From Rhizobium sp. BK251 (GTDB lineage Bacteria > Pseudomonadota > Alphaproteobacteria > Rhizobiales > Rhizobiaceae), in the NCBI RefSeq assembly GCF_004345245.1, contig NZ_SLUQ01000012.1, forward strand, positions 35,107 to 67,106: DNA of 32,000 nucleotides. Direction: 5' to 3'. Of the stretch, positions 16,390 through 25,300 are shown in pieces. The notes beneath the pieces were generated by a model. It had not been told where the DNA came from. It worked only from the letters and a program-made list of their open reading frames with translations, and did not search any database. The position numbers were made by a program, and so were the translations under genes. Numbering within the stretch: position 1 is the first letter of the stretch; each line of letters opens with the position of its first letter.

Positions 16390-17843
16390 GATACGAGGCC
16401 CGCAGGGTCGTCAGAATTAAGTTCATCTATTAGAGATCGGATTTCAGTCAAAGCAGTAAGAAGATGCCGCTCGACAACTGCGGCAACGTCGTCGGGCGCA
16501 GCGAACTCTAATTCCTCTTCGAATTCATCTTCCTCATTAAGCCATGTAATATACAAATCGTCATCTCGTTCGGCGATGGCTTCGCGCGTAAATCTACGAA
16601 ACCTGCCGTTGAACTCAGTCTCCGAGCGCGGAGCGTGCCCCCTCGGATCGCTGCCGTAAGCGATGACGAATTGGGCAAGTCCATCAGCGAAAGAATTGCC
16701 GCCTTGCTCCGAGGCGCTTGGCGCGCGCAGATCAAAAATCCAGGTGCCGTCCGTGGCTTCAGCTTCCGTGGGTTCTGCTGGGCGGTTAAAGAACAAGACA
16801 TTGGTTCTTACCCCCTGAGCATAGAAAATACCCGTCGGAAGGCGCAGGATCGTATGGAGATCGAAGTCTCGCATGAGGGTCCGGCGAAGAAGCTGTCCCC
16901 TCCCTCCTTCAAAGAGAACGTTATCTGGCACAATAACTGCCGCGCGCCCACCGGGAGCCAACGCTCTCATACAATGCTCAACGAAAGGAAGCTGAAAGGT
17001 CGTGGACTTGGCGGTTATCAAAAGGTCCACTCGGGACGAAACTCCTCCAGAAGGACCGAACGGTGGGTTCGAAAGGATTACATCCGCATTGCTCAGCGCG
17101 GGATCTGACCCGAGAGACGAAAGAGTATCGCCCACGAAGATGTAGTCCGACTCGATACCGTGCAAATACAGGTTCATGCAAAGCAATCGAAACGTATCGA
17201 TGACATTTTCGACGCCTCGTAAAGCGCTTTTAGTCTGAAAATGCCGCTCGCCGTCGGATAACTCCCCCTCCATTTTCTTAATCGCGCGATCGGCAGCTAT
17301 AAGGAAGCCGCCGGTCCCGGCGGCCGGGTCCTGTATTACTTCGCCAGGTTGGGGACGCAGAACGTCTACAATAGCATCAACTAGCGGCCGAGGCGTAAAA
17401 TACTGACCCGCCCCTCGCTTGGTCTCCTCAGCGTTCTTCTGAAGAAGCCCCTCGTAAGCGTCACCGAATGTATCTCGTTTATCAGAGTCCCACCCCTCTT
17501 CGTCGATAGCCTCCACGAGCCGCCTGAGTGTGCTTGGCTCCCGGACGACTGTTTTCGCCTCTGTGAAGATAACCTGCATCACTCGGCTCTGCGCCGATGT
17601 GGCCAACAACGACAGCACCTCACGATATCGATCGAGAAGCATTTGATCCGGTGTTGCGATCAAGTCACTCCAGCTACATCCTGTCGGCATACGAACCATG
17701 CCATCGCCGCGTTCGGAAGCGAGCTTCAGAAAGATGAGATATGTGAGTTCCGTCACATACTGCGGATAGGTCACCCCATCTTTGCGCAGGAGACTGCAAA
17801 GGCGCCAAAGCTTCGTCACCATTGCGGAAGATGAATTAGACAA
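16386..17843 (-). CDS. hsdM: type I restriction-modification N6-adenine DNA methyltransferase HsdM
   Basis: N-terminal HsdM helix bundle (LWRLCSLLRKDGVTYPQYVTELTYLIFLKL). AdoMet motif I is DPAAGTGGFL and catalytic motif IV is LSNPPFG. TTG start at 17843 with AGGA 8 nt upstream; ATG 17822 is an alternative. Confidence 0.9.
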   Translation of the reverse strand: MSNSSSAMVTKLWRLCSLLRKDGVTYPQYVTELTYLIFLKLASERGDGMVRMPTGCSWSDLIATPDQMLLDRYREVLSLLATSAQSRVMQVIFTEAKTVVREPSTLRRLVEAIDEEGWDSDKRDTFGDAYEGLLQKNAEETKRGAGQYFTPRPLVDAIVDVLRPQPGEVIQDPAAGTGGFLIAADRAIKKMEGELSDGERHFQTKSALRGVENVIDTFRLLCMNLYLHGIESDYIFVGDTLSSLGSDPALSNADVILSNPPFGPSGGVSSRVDLLITAKSTTFQLPFVEHCMRALAPGGRAAVIVPDNVLFEGGRGQLLRRTLMRDFDLHTILRLPTGIFYAQGVRTNVLFFNRPAEPTEAEATDGTWIFDLRAPSASEQGGNSFADGLAQFVIAYGSDPRGHAPRSETEFNGRFRRFTREAIAERDDDLYITWLNEEDEFEEELEFAAPDDVAAVVERHLLTALTEIRSLIDELNSDDPAGLVS

Positions 17844-17939
17844 AAGCGAAGTCCTGTTATGTATTAGCTGTAATAGGGCAGAAAGAGACCCCGGAAGCCG
17901 GCCGGCAAAATCCCGAGCCCGCAGATCCGAACGCGCGAT

Positions 17940-18281
17940 CTATTTCTTTCTTAGATCGAGCGAAATTGTCGCCTGCGAGACGCCGAGCATATTCCCGATT
18001 TCAGCTTGGGACATACCGTCGGCATAGAGCTGCTTCGTCAGGTTCCTCCGCTCTTTGATGCTTAATGTCGCAGGATCGAACGACGTGAGCTGTTGGAAGC
18101 TACCCTTTGCCTTCAACTTAGCCGAGTGAACGGCGCCGTTCGGCTTTTTGATGTGAACTGAGAGTATGTTCGATGATCCGGTAATCTTGAACGTGTCTCG
18201 AGGCCCAATCTTCAACCCGGTCAGAACCGCTTCAATAGAAGCTGCCGGCTTTTGTGGAAAAGTTGCTAGCAGTTTCGCCAT
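17940..18281 (-). CDS. small HTH protein heading the hsdMS operon (possible controller)
   Basis: The C-terminal MSQAEIGNMLGVSQATISLDLRK is a sigma-region-4 / Hin-like helix-turn-helix. The N-terminal ~75 aa is unrecognised. ATG 18281 is preceded by GGGGG; ATG 18293 is the alternative. It lies 96 nt upstream of hsdM. Confidence 0.6.
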   Translation of the reverse strand: MAKLLATFPQKPAASIEAVLTGLKIGPRDTFKITGSSNILSVHIKKPNGAVHSAKLKAKGSFQQLTSFDPATLSIKERRNLTKQLYADGMSQAEIGNMLGVSQATISLDLRKK

Positions 18282-18300
18282 TCCAACCCCCATTCCTGTG

Positions 18301-18340
18301 TTAATAAAATCTTATTAATCCCGCAGGATCGTGACGTCAA
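18301..18340 (-). promoter_or_regulatory. sigma70-like promoter (TTGACG-17-TAATAA) overlapping an AT-rich palindrome TTAATAA-aatc-TTATTAA
   Basis: The minus strand reads TTGACG (18340-18335), a 17-nt spacer, then TAATAA (18317-18312). The inverted repeat at 18301-18318 covers the -10 and the predicted transcription start. It lies ~20-30 nt upstream of the HTH gene start. Confidence 0.4.
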
Positions 18341-18705
18341 TTGCTGCGACCGCTCGGCCTCTAGAATCCCAAGTCTGGACGCCCCGCTTCAGGCATCGAT
18401 ATTGATGGTTTTTAGCCCGGCGCTCACGGCAAAGCGACTGGAAAGCATAAGCATCACTCGGTAAAGAATTCTTCTTGCGCTTCGCTTTCGTCGTCCATCG
18501 AGGCGGCGATTTCATTTTGAACTGCATGTCGGCTCAACAGTCCGGCGTCATCGAGCGCTTCGATGTTCCACAAGTCGCGCAGCGTCTCCATGCCGAAACG
18601 CCGAGAGGAAGTGTGGCTTCGTCACATAGGTGTAGGGTGCACCCGGCGTTGGGCTGTGCGGCCCGGGGACGATGCATCCAGCGCCGCGCAGATTGACGCT
18701 TTAGT

Positions 18706-19863
18706 TCAAATCACGCCCCAAGCCCGAAACCTCCCCCTGCCCGTCATCTCGCGCAGGCCAAGCTCCAAAACGATCCGCCGCGCCGCCTGCGGCGTTACGT
18801 CCAGCGTTTTGGCCACCATCCCGGCCGACACCAACGGCTTTGCCATGACCAGTTCGACCAGTTCCGGCAATTTTGACGACGTCCGCCGCCCCTCCAGCTT
18901 TCGCTCGAACATTTTTCGCGCCAGCACCAGCCGGTCATGTTCTTTCATGCCGATCTCGGCGGCCGCGATGAGACCTTGTGCAATGGCCAGCAGTCGTGTT
19001 TCACGATCGCGATGCCGGCGCCGATCGACCGGAATAGTTTTGAGGCCGAGATTGACAGCGGCGAGATGAGCGCCGGTGGTGATGCCGGCTTCCCGCAGGA
19101 TCGAGGCGGCAAACAGCCGCCCGAGCCAGGGCGCGTGCTGAAGCACAGATAGTTCGTTCCAGGCATCGAGGGCGACGATGGCCTGCAGTATCGCCGGCAG
19201 GGTTTCGACCTCGCGCAAGAAGGCGCGCCATTCGTCGAGCCGCACATCTTCGTCCCAATCGAGATCGTAGATCATCGGATCCTTTTCGGGACGGCTGGCC
19301 GTCGCGTGGCCGCCGCCGCGGCCGGGCCGTGTGGCGTGCTCGATCGCGGCCGACGACCGCGCCAGCGTCGCATCGATGGCCGCGAGGTCGACGCCGGGCA
19401 GATTTTCAACGTCATCCACTTCCTCCCCCTCTCCTTCCGCATCGATCGGGGCCGCGCGCCGAATGACGCCGGCTGTCTCCGCCTCACCCGCGCTGACCGG
19501 CGTGATTTCCGATGTCTGTCGGAGCGCCCGGACACCGTCGGCCGACAGTGCCCAATCCGGCGACTGCCCGGAAATGCGCCGGCGGGTTCGCAAAACGTCG
19601 CGCGCGATGGTGAGCTCGTGGGTGGGCGTGCGAATGTCGCGGGTGGCGTCATGGAGGACGAGGTCTTCGAGATGGACGAGCTCGCCGTCGATCCACAGCG
19701 AGGCGCAGGCATCGGCGAAGTGTTGGCGTTCGAGGAAGCCGGCGTCGACGGTCGAGCGGGCGATGCGCTCATCCAGACGGGTGAGCGCGACACCGGCGTC
19801 GAAAGCCGGCCGCATCAGGGCTGTCATGCTGATTTTTGAAACATCGTAAGCCATTGATATCAT
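18706..19863 (-). CDS. DUF1612 / RHE_PE00001-like protein with a C-terminal HTH (rhizobial plasmid backbone gene)
   Basis: N-terminus ...[22 protein letters not shown]...[31 protein letters not shown]-terminal [45 protein letters not shown]. Family name is recalled from rhizobial plasmid annotations. Confidence 0.6.
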   Translation of the reverse strand: MISMAYDVSKISMTALMRPAFDAGVALTRLDERIARSTVDAGFLERQHFADACASLWIDGELVHLEDLVLHDATRDIRTPTHELTIARDVLRTRRRISGQSPDWALSADGVRALRQTSEITPVSAGEAETAGVIRRAAPIDAEGEGEEVDDVENLPGVDLAAIDATLARSSAAIEHATRPGRGGGHATASRPEKDPMIYDLDWDEDVRLDEWRAFLREVETLPAILQAIVALDAWNELSVLQHAPWLGRLFAASILREAGITTGAHLAAVNLGLKTIPVDRRRHRDRETRLLAIAQGLIAAAEIGMKEHDRLVLARKMFERKLEGRRTSSKLPELVELVMAKPLVSAGMVAKTLDVTPQAARRIVLELGLREMTGRGRFRAWGVI

Positions 19864-19939
19864 GGTAAACGATTTCCTAAAGGAACTCTATATGAATATT
19901 TTGGTTCGCCACATGGTATGATTGCCGGACGGGGTTATA

Positions 19940-19968
19940 ACCATCGATAACCACCGTTTATCGATGGT
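19940..19968. other. dif/cer-like candidate recombination core: ACCATCGATAA-ccaccgt-TTATCGATGGT
   Basis: Perfect 11-bp inverted arms with a 7-bp spacer, in the divergent intergenic region just upstream of the recombinase operon. The arm ends ...ATAA / TTAT... match the inner ends of E. coli dif arms. Confidence 0.4.
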
Positions 19969-19971
19969 AGA

Positions 19972-20319
19972 TTGACAGAGGCCGCGAATCCACCGAATCT
20001 GGGCCAAATCCCGCTCCGCAAAGGCCTTTCCATGGAGGATCGCGTCCGGTTCGCTCTCGAAAAGCTCCTCAACGTCGCGCACGGCGACACCGGGCAGAGC
20101 CGGCGCGTCGGCAATTTCCTGCTCGCATGGTGGAATGCCGGCGTGCATGGCGGCTTCGACCTGACTGACCTGGCCGATCTCGATCGCGAAATCTGCGAGG
20201 ACATCATCACCATCTTCACCTTCATTGCCCGCGAGGAGACGTTGTCCTATCCCAATGCCTACAAGCCGGAGATTATTCAGATCATCCGCCGCTGGCGACC
20301 GCATGTCGAGATCGACTGA
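19972..20319 (+). CDS. hypothetical protein translationally coupled to the recombinase
   Basis: 115-aa ORF whose TGA shares one base with the recombinase ATG (TGATG at 20317-20321). Start is uncertain: TTG 19972 or ATG 20032. Confidence 0.5.
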   Translation: MTEAANPPNLGQIPLRKGLSMEDRVRFALEKLLNVAHGDTGQSRRVGNFLLAWWNAGVHGGFDLTDLADLDREICEDIITIFTFIAREETLSYPNAYKPEIIQIIRRWRPHVEID

Positions 20320-21473
20320 TGGCGGCCCCGAAGAAATTGGCTACCCAGTCCGCCGTTGAGCGCCGCGCCGAAGAACTCGATACCATCGCCTCTGTCCTGC
20401 CGATGGATCGCCGCGACGAGCTCGCCGAACTGCTCACCGACCAGGATGTCGAGACGCTACGCCATCTCGTCAACCAGGGCATGGGCGACAACACCCTGCG
20501 GGCCCTGACGTCTGATCTGGCTTATCTGGAGGCTTGGTGCTTGGCCGCAACCGGACGCTCCCTGCCCTGGCCGGCGCCCGAGGCGCTGCTGTTGAAATTC
20601 GTCGCCCATCACCTTTGGGACCCGCAACACCGCGAGACCGATGCGGATCACGGCATGCCGGCCGACGTCGACGAAAAGCTTCGGCACCAGGGGTTTCTAA
20701 AATCGGTCGGACCGCACGCGCCGGCAACGGTGCGCCGGCGGCTGGCGAACTGGTCGACGCTGACGAAATGGCGCGGCCTGAGTGGCGCTTTCACCTCCCC
20801 TGCCCTGAAATCAGCCATTCGGCTGGCAATCCGAGCCGCGCCAAGACAACGTCTTCGCAAGAGCGCTAAGGCGGTCACATCAGACGTCCTGGCCACACTG
20901 CTGGCCACCTGCGCGACCGACAGTCTCCGCGATCTGCGGGACCGGGCGATCCTGATGGTCGCCTTTGCCTCCGGTGGCCGGCGGCGGAGCGAAATCTCGG
21001 GGTTGCGCCGTGAACAACTAACCGTCGAGCCGCCGATCCCGCTCGAGAATGGCGCCCCCCTCCCCTCTCTCGCCATCCATCTCGGTCGCACCAAAACCAC
21101 CTCCGGCGAACAGGACGATGTCGTCTATCTGACCGGTCGGCCGGTCGAGGCGCTCAATGCCTGGATGGCGGCGGCCAAAATCGAGAACGGGAGCGTGTTT
21201 CGCGGGATCGGGCGTTGGGGAACCGTGTCGCGGCGGGCGCTCGATCCGCAGTCGGTCAATGCGATTATCAAGCAGCGGGTGGAAATGGCCGGGATGGAGG
21301 CTGGGCAGTTTTCCGCACATGGGCTTCGTTCTGGCTACCTCACCGAGGCGGCTAACCGCGGCATTCCCCTTCCCGAAGCCATGGAACAGTCGCGGCATCG
21401 CTCTGTGCAGCAGGCCTCGAGCTACTACAACAGTGCAGCCCGGCGCAGCGGACGCGCGGCAAGGCTTCTTTAG
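20319..21473 (+). CDS. tyrosine site-specific recombinase (integrase/resolvase type)
   Basis: Catalytic signature: ...FASGGRRRSEISGLR (Arg I), HGLRSGYLTEAANRG (H-x-x-R), SRHRSVQQASSYY (His / Tyr nucleophile). Confidence 0.85.
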   Translation: MAAPKKLATQSAVERRAEELDTIASVLPMDRRDELAELLTDQDVETLRHLVNQGMGDNTLRALTSDLAYLEAWCLAATGRSLPWPAPEALLLKFVAHHLWDPQHRETDADHGMPADVDEKLRHQGFLKSVGPHAPATVRRRLANWSTLTKWRGLSGAFTSPALKSAIRLAIRAAPRQRLRKSAKAVTSDVLATLLATCATDSLRDLRDRAILMVAFASGGRRRSEISGLRREQLTVEPPIPLENGAPLPSLAIHLGRTKTTSGEQDDVVYLTGRPVEALNAWMAAAKIENGSVFRGIGRWGTVSRRALDPQSVNAIIKQRVEMAGMEAGQFSAHGLRSGYLTEAANRGIPLPEAMEQSRHRSVQQASSYYNSAARRSGRAARLL

Positions 21474-21501
21474 TGCGCTGTTCGCGCTTCTTTCGCGGAT
21501 T
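21474..21501. repeat. left copy of an imperfect ~30-bp repeat bracketing the Hachiman segment
   Basis: TGCGC-tgtt-CGCGCTTCTT-t-CGCGGATT. Compare 26523-26550, TGCGC-cac-CGCGCTTCTT-cg-CGCGGATT. 23 identical bases in three colinear blocks. It also forms a hairpin, TTCGCG/CGCGGA. Confidence 0.4.
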
Positions 21502-21582
21502 GAACCAAAATCGGCCAATTCGGTTAGCGATTTGGAAGCGAATTTTCGGTATCGCGGAGTCGCAACTTCACAGCGAGGACAC

Positions 21583-22116
21583 GTGCCAGAATTTCTATAC
21601 CGAGTGGATTTTAACGACCATCTTCACTCAATTACAAACGGCATATTTCGTGCCAGAGGCTGGACCACAACAGACTTTCCGCATGCGGTGCTCAAGGCCG
21701 CCACACAGCGCGAACCCCAAAGTCGTGTTTATCGAATTTGCTTTTTCGCCACCTCGGCCGAAGCGACAAAATGCCAACAGGAGGATTTCGACACTTCACG
21801 CCGTGAACCATCACAATTGTTGCGCTGCAACAAGTCGGAACTGCAGAAGGCCGGCTTTCACGAAAGTTGGGATGACGGTTTCCACGAGGGAATAGCGTAT
21901 CTTTTCTGGCGCTTCGAGATGCCTACGGCTACGAATGATCGGTTTTCCGACAGCGGAATAGATCTCACTGCATTTGAAAAGAATGCCGATGGCGCGTGGC
22001 GACCTTATTGCTGCGAGCCAGCACACGAGATCACTGCGCCTTCGCCAACGGCGAAGCCACTCTTCGTCACTCTCCAGGGGCAGAAGAGACAATGGTGGAA
22101 GATCTGGGCCAGATAA
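21583..22116 (+). CDS. hypothetical protein (aromatic- and Cys-rich), convergent with hamB
   Basis: Only the part of the 319-aa ORF downstream of the recombinase stop is credible. A GTG at 21583 is preceded by GAGGA. The region is AT-richer than its surroundings. No motif recognised. Confidence 0.3.
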   Translation: MPEFLYRVDFNDHLHSITNGIFRARGWTTTDFPHAVLKAATQREPQSRVYRICFFATSAEATKCQQEDFDTSRREPSQLLRCNKSELQKAGFHESWDDGFHEGIAYLFWRFEMPTATNDRFSDSGIDLTAFEKNADGAWRPYCCEPAHEITAPSPTAKPLFVTLQGQKRQWWKIWAR

Positions 22117-22377
22117 GATTTTGCGTGACGCGTTAGTCTCAGTCCCTAAACACCATGGGTATGCCTAATGCGGCTGGAAACACGGGACGTTTACTTTCCT
22201 TTTCGCCCGTGATTGGTTCGGCGCGTACACTCTTCTTCGCTGCGGACATTCCAAACAGCTGTCCTTTCCCCGTATGCGAGGGTCAATCCGTCAACCAAAT
22301 TTGTTGCAGCTGCCCCTCTTCCGCCGCGTCAGAGAACAGGGGAAAGGCGTTGGTCCAGATCGGGTCCCTTCTACAAA

Positions 22378-25300
22378 TCACGTGCTTGCCAGCTCTTGCG
22401 CTACTTCTCGGAAATATTCTGGCGACGCCTCTAGTAGCGCTGCGACTATCCCAAGATTGTCTCTGCAAGCTACCTTTGCGCCATAACGATCGTTCACATT
22501 TGGAAACGCTTCGGCCAGTAATTGCGCGATCACTCGGTCCGCAAAGCCCGCCTCGTAGAAAGCAAGCGCGGATTCTGTCTGAAGTCCATTTTTCACCTGG
22601 CGTTGAAGTAACGTCGTGGCGTCGACCAAGTCTGGCTCAATCGTTTCGAGCAGGTCCACGACGGAGGCCAAAATCATTGCAACATGGTAACCAAAGCCAT
22701 CCTCACATATGGCGACGAGGTGATCGGCGGTGGCATGATCGCCACTCACACGGATATCATCCTTCACAAGGATCTGCCGTATTTCGGCGAAGGATTTTCC
22801 GTCGGTCCATGCCGATAGTATGGTGGGGATGACTGCGGCATCACTCAACGCCGACAGCGATTTTGCTGAAGCCAGCGGGAGCGCTTGCTCTATCAAAAGC
22901 GGCAGCAGGGTTCCGCCTTTAACGGCGACAGTCAGCTGCTCGGTGCTCATCTCGACCCACGCGCTGAGCTTGCGAAGTGCGGCTGGCGCCAGTGGGGACT
23001 TCTTGATCAGCAAGCGGTAAGCGGCGTCGGTATTGTTTTGGATCGATTTGACCGTCGCTTGAAAGAGCGCAATCACGCGAGGTTGTGTTGTTTCATCAGC
23101 GAGATGATAGCCCAGAGTGTTTGCGGCCAATCGTTCGGCGGCTTCAACGGCATCTTCCGCTTCGAAGTCGATATGTTGAGCGAGGTACATTGCTATGCTT
23201 TGAATCGCCCTCGCCCTCCCCTGTAGATAATCCTTGAGCTCGGAGGCGCTCACATTTGGGAACTGCTTGAGGACTTCCACTACAATCAACTCAATCGCAG
23301 CCTCATCTGCGAACGCTAAATTCTCATCAGCGAGGTCGAAGGTAAGGACGATCGGAGTGCCAGCGGTCTGCTTATAGTCGTCGAAAATTTGGAGGATACT
23401 ACTCTGGCTGGGTTCAGCACCGTCCTGATCTAAAAGCTTTTTCGCAGCCTCCCATCGCCAGTTCTTATATTCGTCTTCTCGCTCATCGTAGATCGGAGGC
23501 GCAGAGAATATGACACTGCTTTCCGTATGCATGCCAGCACGACCTGCTCGACCCATGAGGTTGTGAAAGTCACGGACTTTGATTTTCTCTTTGCCTTGTT
23601 GGGTGGCAGTCACCACCAAGTATTTGATCGGAAAATTCACGCCCTGGGCCAGCGTCGATGTACAGGCGACGATCCGCGCGTGTCCTGCCTTCATCGCATG
23701 TTCGACACAAAGGCGAATGCCGTGTGGCGTGCTTGCGTGATGAGAAAGAACCCCCAATCGACTTGCGCGGACCACGTCGGCGTCATCACCGAGATTGCTG
23801 GCGATTAGGTTAGCAAGGCGGTCTAGCTCTTGTTGATCACACCATGCACTCGGTTTCGCCAATTCGACCTTTCGCGTAAACAGATCAACTACGCGCCAGG
23901 AGACCTTTGATACGCTGGCCTTTTGGCCGCAGAACAATGCCACACTCCCGTTGCTGCCGAGGTGGAGCGCGAGGTACAACCCAATGTCAACACTCTCGGA
24001 GATTTCCGCGGAGTGATTACGATCCGGAAAGACACGATCCCGTTCCCGTTTACTCTTCTTTTCAAGCGGAAGTTCTTCAATAATTCGGGGAACGAAGTAT
24101 TCGTCTTCGTCAGGGTCCAACGGGTTCACATACCGAAGCCATCCTCGCTCCTTCTGCCAGCTTGCGAAAGCAATGCTCTTCGCAGTCGGCAGAAGGCCCT
24201 TTCCGCTAACAATCGCAGAAGCGTCTCCAATCAACCAATCCGCAATCTGCTCCGCATTGCCAATGACCGCGGAAATTAAAACGATTTGCGCAGCAGGCTT
24301 TAGCATCATTCGAAGCGACGAGAGGAGAAGCTCGTAGGTAGGCCCGCGCGTGAAACCCTCGAACTGATGACCCTCGTCGTAAACAATCAGTCCGATTCTG
24401 TCAGCCAACTCAGGGGCTCGACGCAGCATGTAGAGCAGCTTCTCCGGTGTGATGACCAGAACGCAATTTTGGACGAGAAGCTGCTCAATTCCAAAGTCCA
24501 TCAAATAGGAATCCGAAACTTCGCCCAGGAGTATATTCTCGCCCTGAAAGGCTCTCACTAGATCAGAGCGAATATCGTGGCAGAGCGACTTGAATGGCGC
24601 GACGATGATCGCGAGGGAAGCCCGTCCAGAAAGGAACGCTGCTCTGATAATAAGTTCTGTAGCTCGCGTTTTCCCGGCACTTGTTGGCATCTGGATAACG
24701 GCAGAGCGCCCATTTAACAGATCGGCATCACAGATACGCCGTTGTGCCGGCCAGAGTTCTATCGGGAAGGCCGGCTTCGCAAGCGCCGGTGACCAGGCAG
24801 CCAGGGGCAATCCTGAAGCTGGTGGAAGCCTGTTGCGCGACGAGTTCTGGATTTTACCCGCGCATATTGCCGTGACGATGTCGGCGTAAAGGACCTCACG
24901 GTCGGTTCCGATTTCATACAGCGTTACGCGAAGCTCACGGCAAAGCGCCGGAATCGCGCGTTCATTCTCGTCCTGCAGCGCATAATGCGCACGGAGCAAC
25001 TCGAGCAGACGATTTGCAAATGTCGAGTGAAAGATTTCTACCTCAATCGACTGCAGTCGATTCTGCAGGATCCTGCTCGCGAGAAGTGCTAGTCCGCCTC
25101 CAAGGTCAGCGGGAGGCTCATCTGAACGCTTCACCACCACCACAGCGTTTCCGATTGCGTCAGAAAGATAATAAGCTGCCGCACATAGCAGCGAAAATTC
25201 GACCGAGATGCTGCCGTCTAGCTTTGCCTCGAGATAAGAGTCGAAGAAGGTTGCGGCAAACCGAACGTTCTCATGGATTGATGTATCTTCCGCCCAGGTA

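Noticed and set aside
17887-17915. GC-rich palindromic stretch (…CCCCGGAAGCCGGCCGGCAAAATCCC…) between the HTH gene and hsdM as an attenuator or terminator
   Set aside because: Only 4-bp stems with a 3-nt loop can be drawn, and the U-rich tract on the minus strand is interrupted. That is insufficient for a terminator call.
19272-19849. Several 170-177 aa ORFs on both strands overlapping 18706..19863
   Set aside because: These are high-GC shadow frames (Arg/Ala/Pro/Ser-rich). The DUF1612-like frame has recognisable N- and C-terminal motifs and spans the whole region.
21157-21582. 5' two-fifths of the 319-aa + ORF
   Set aside because: It overlaps the recombinase gene in another frame. Only the part after the recombinase stop (from GTG 21583) is considered potentially coding.
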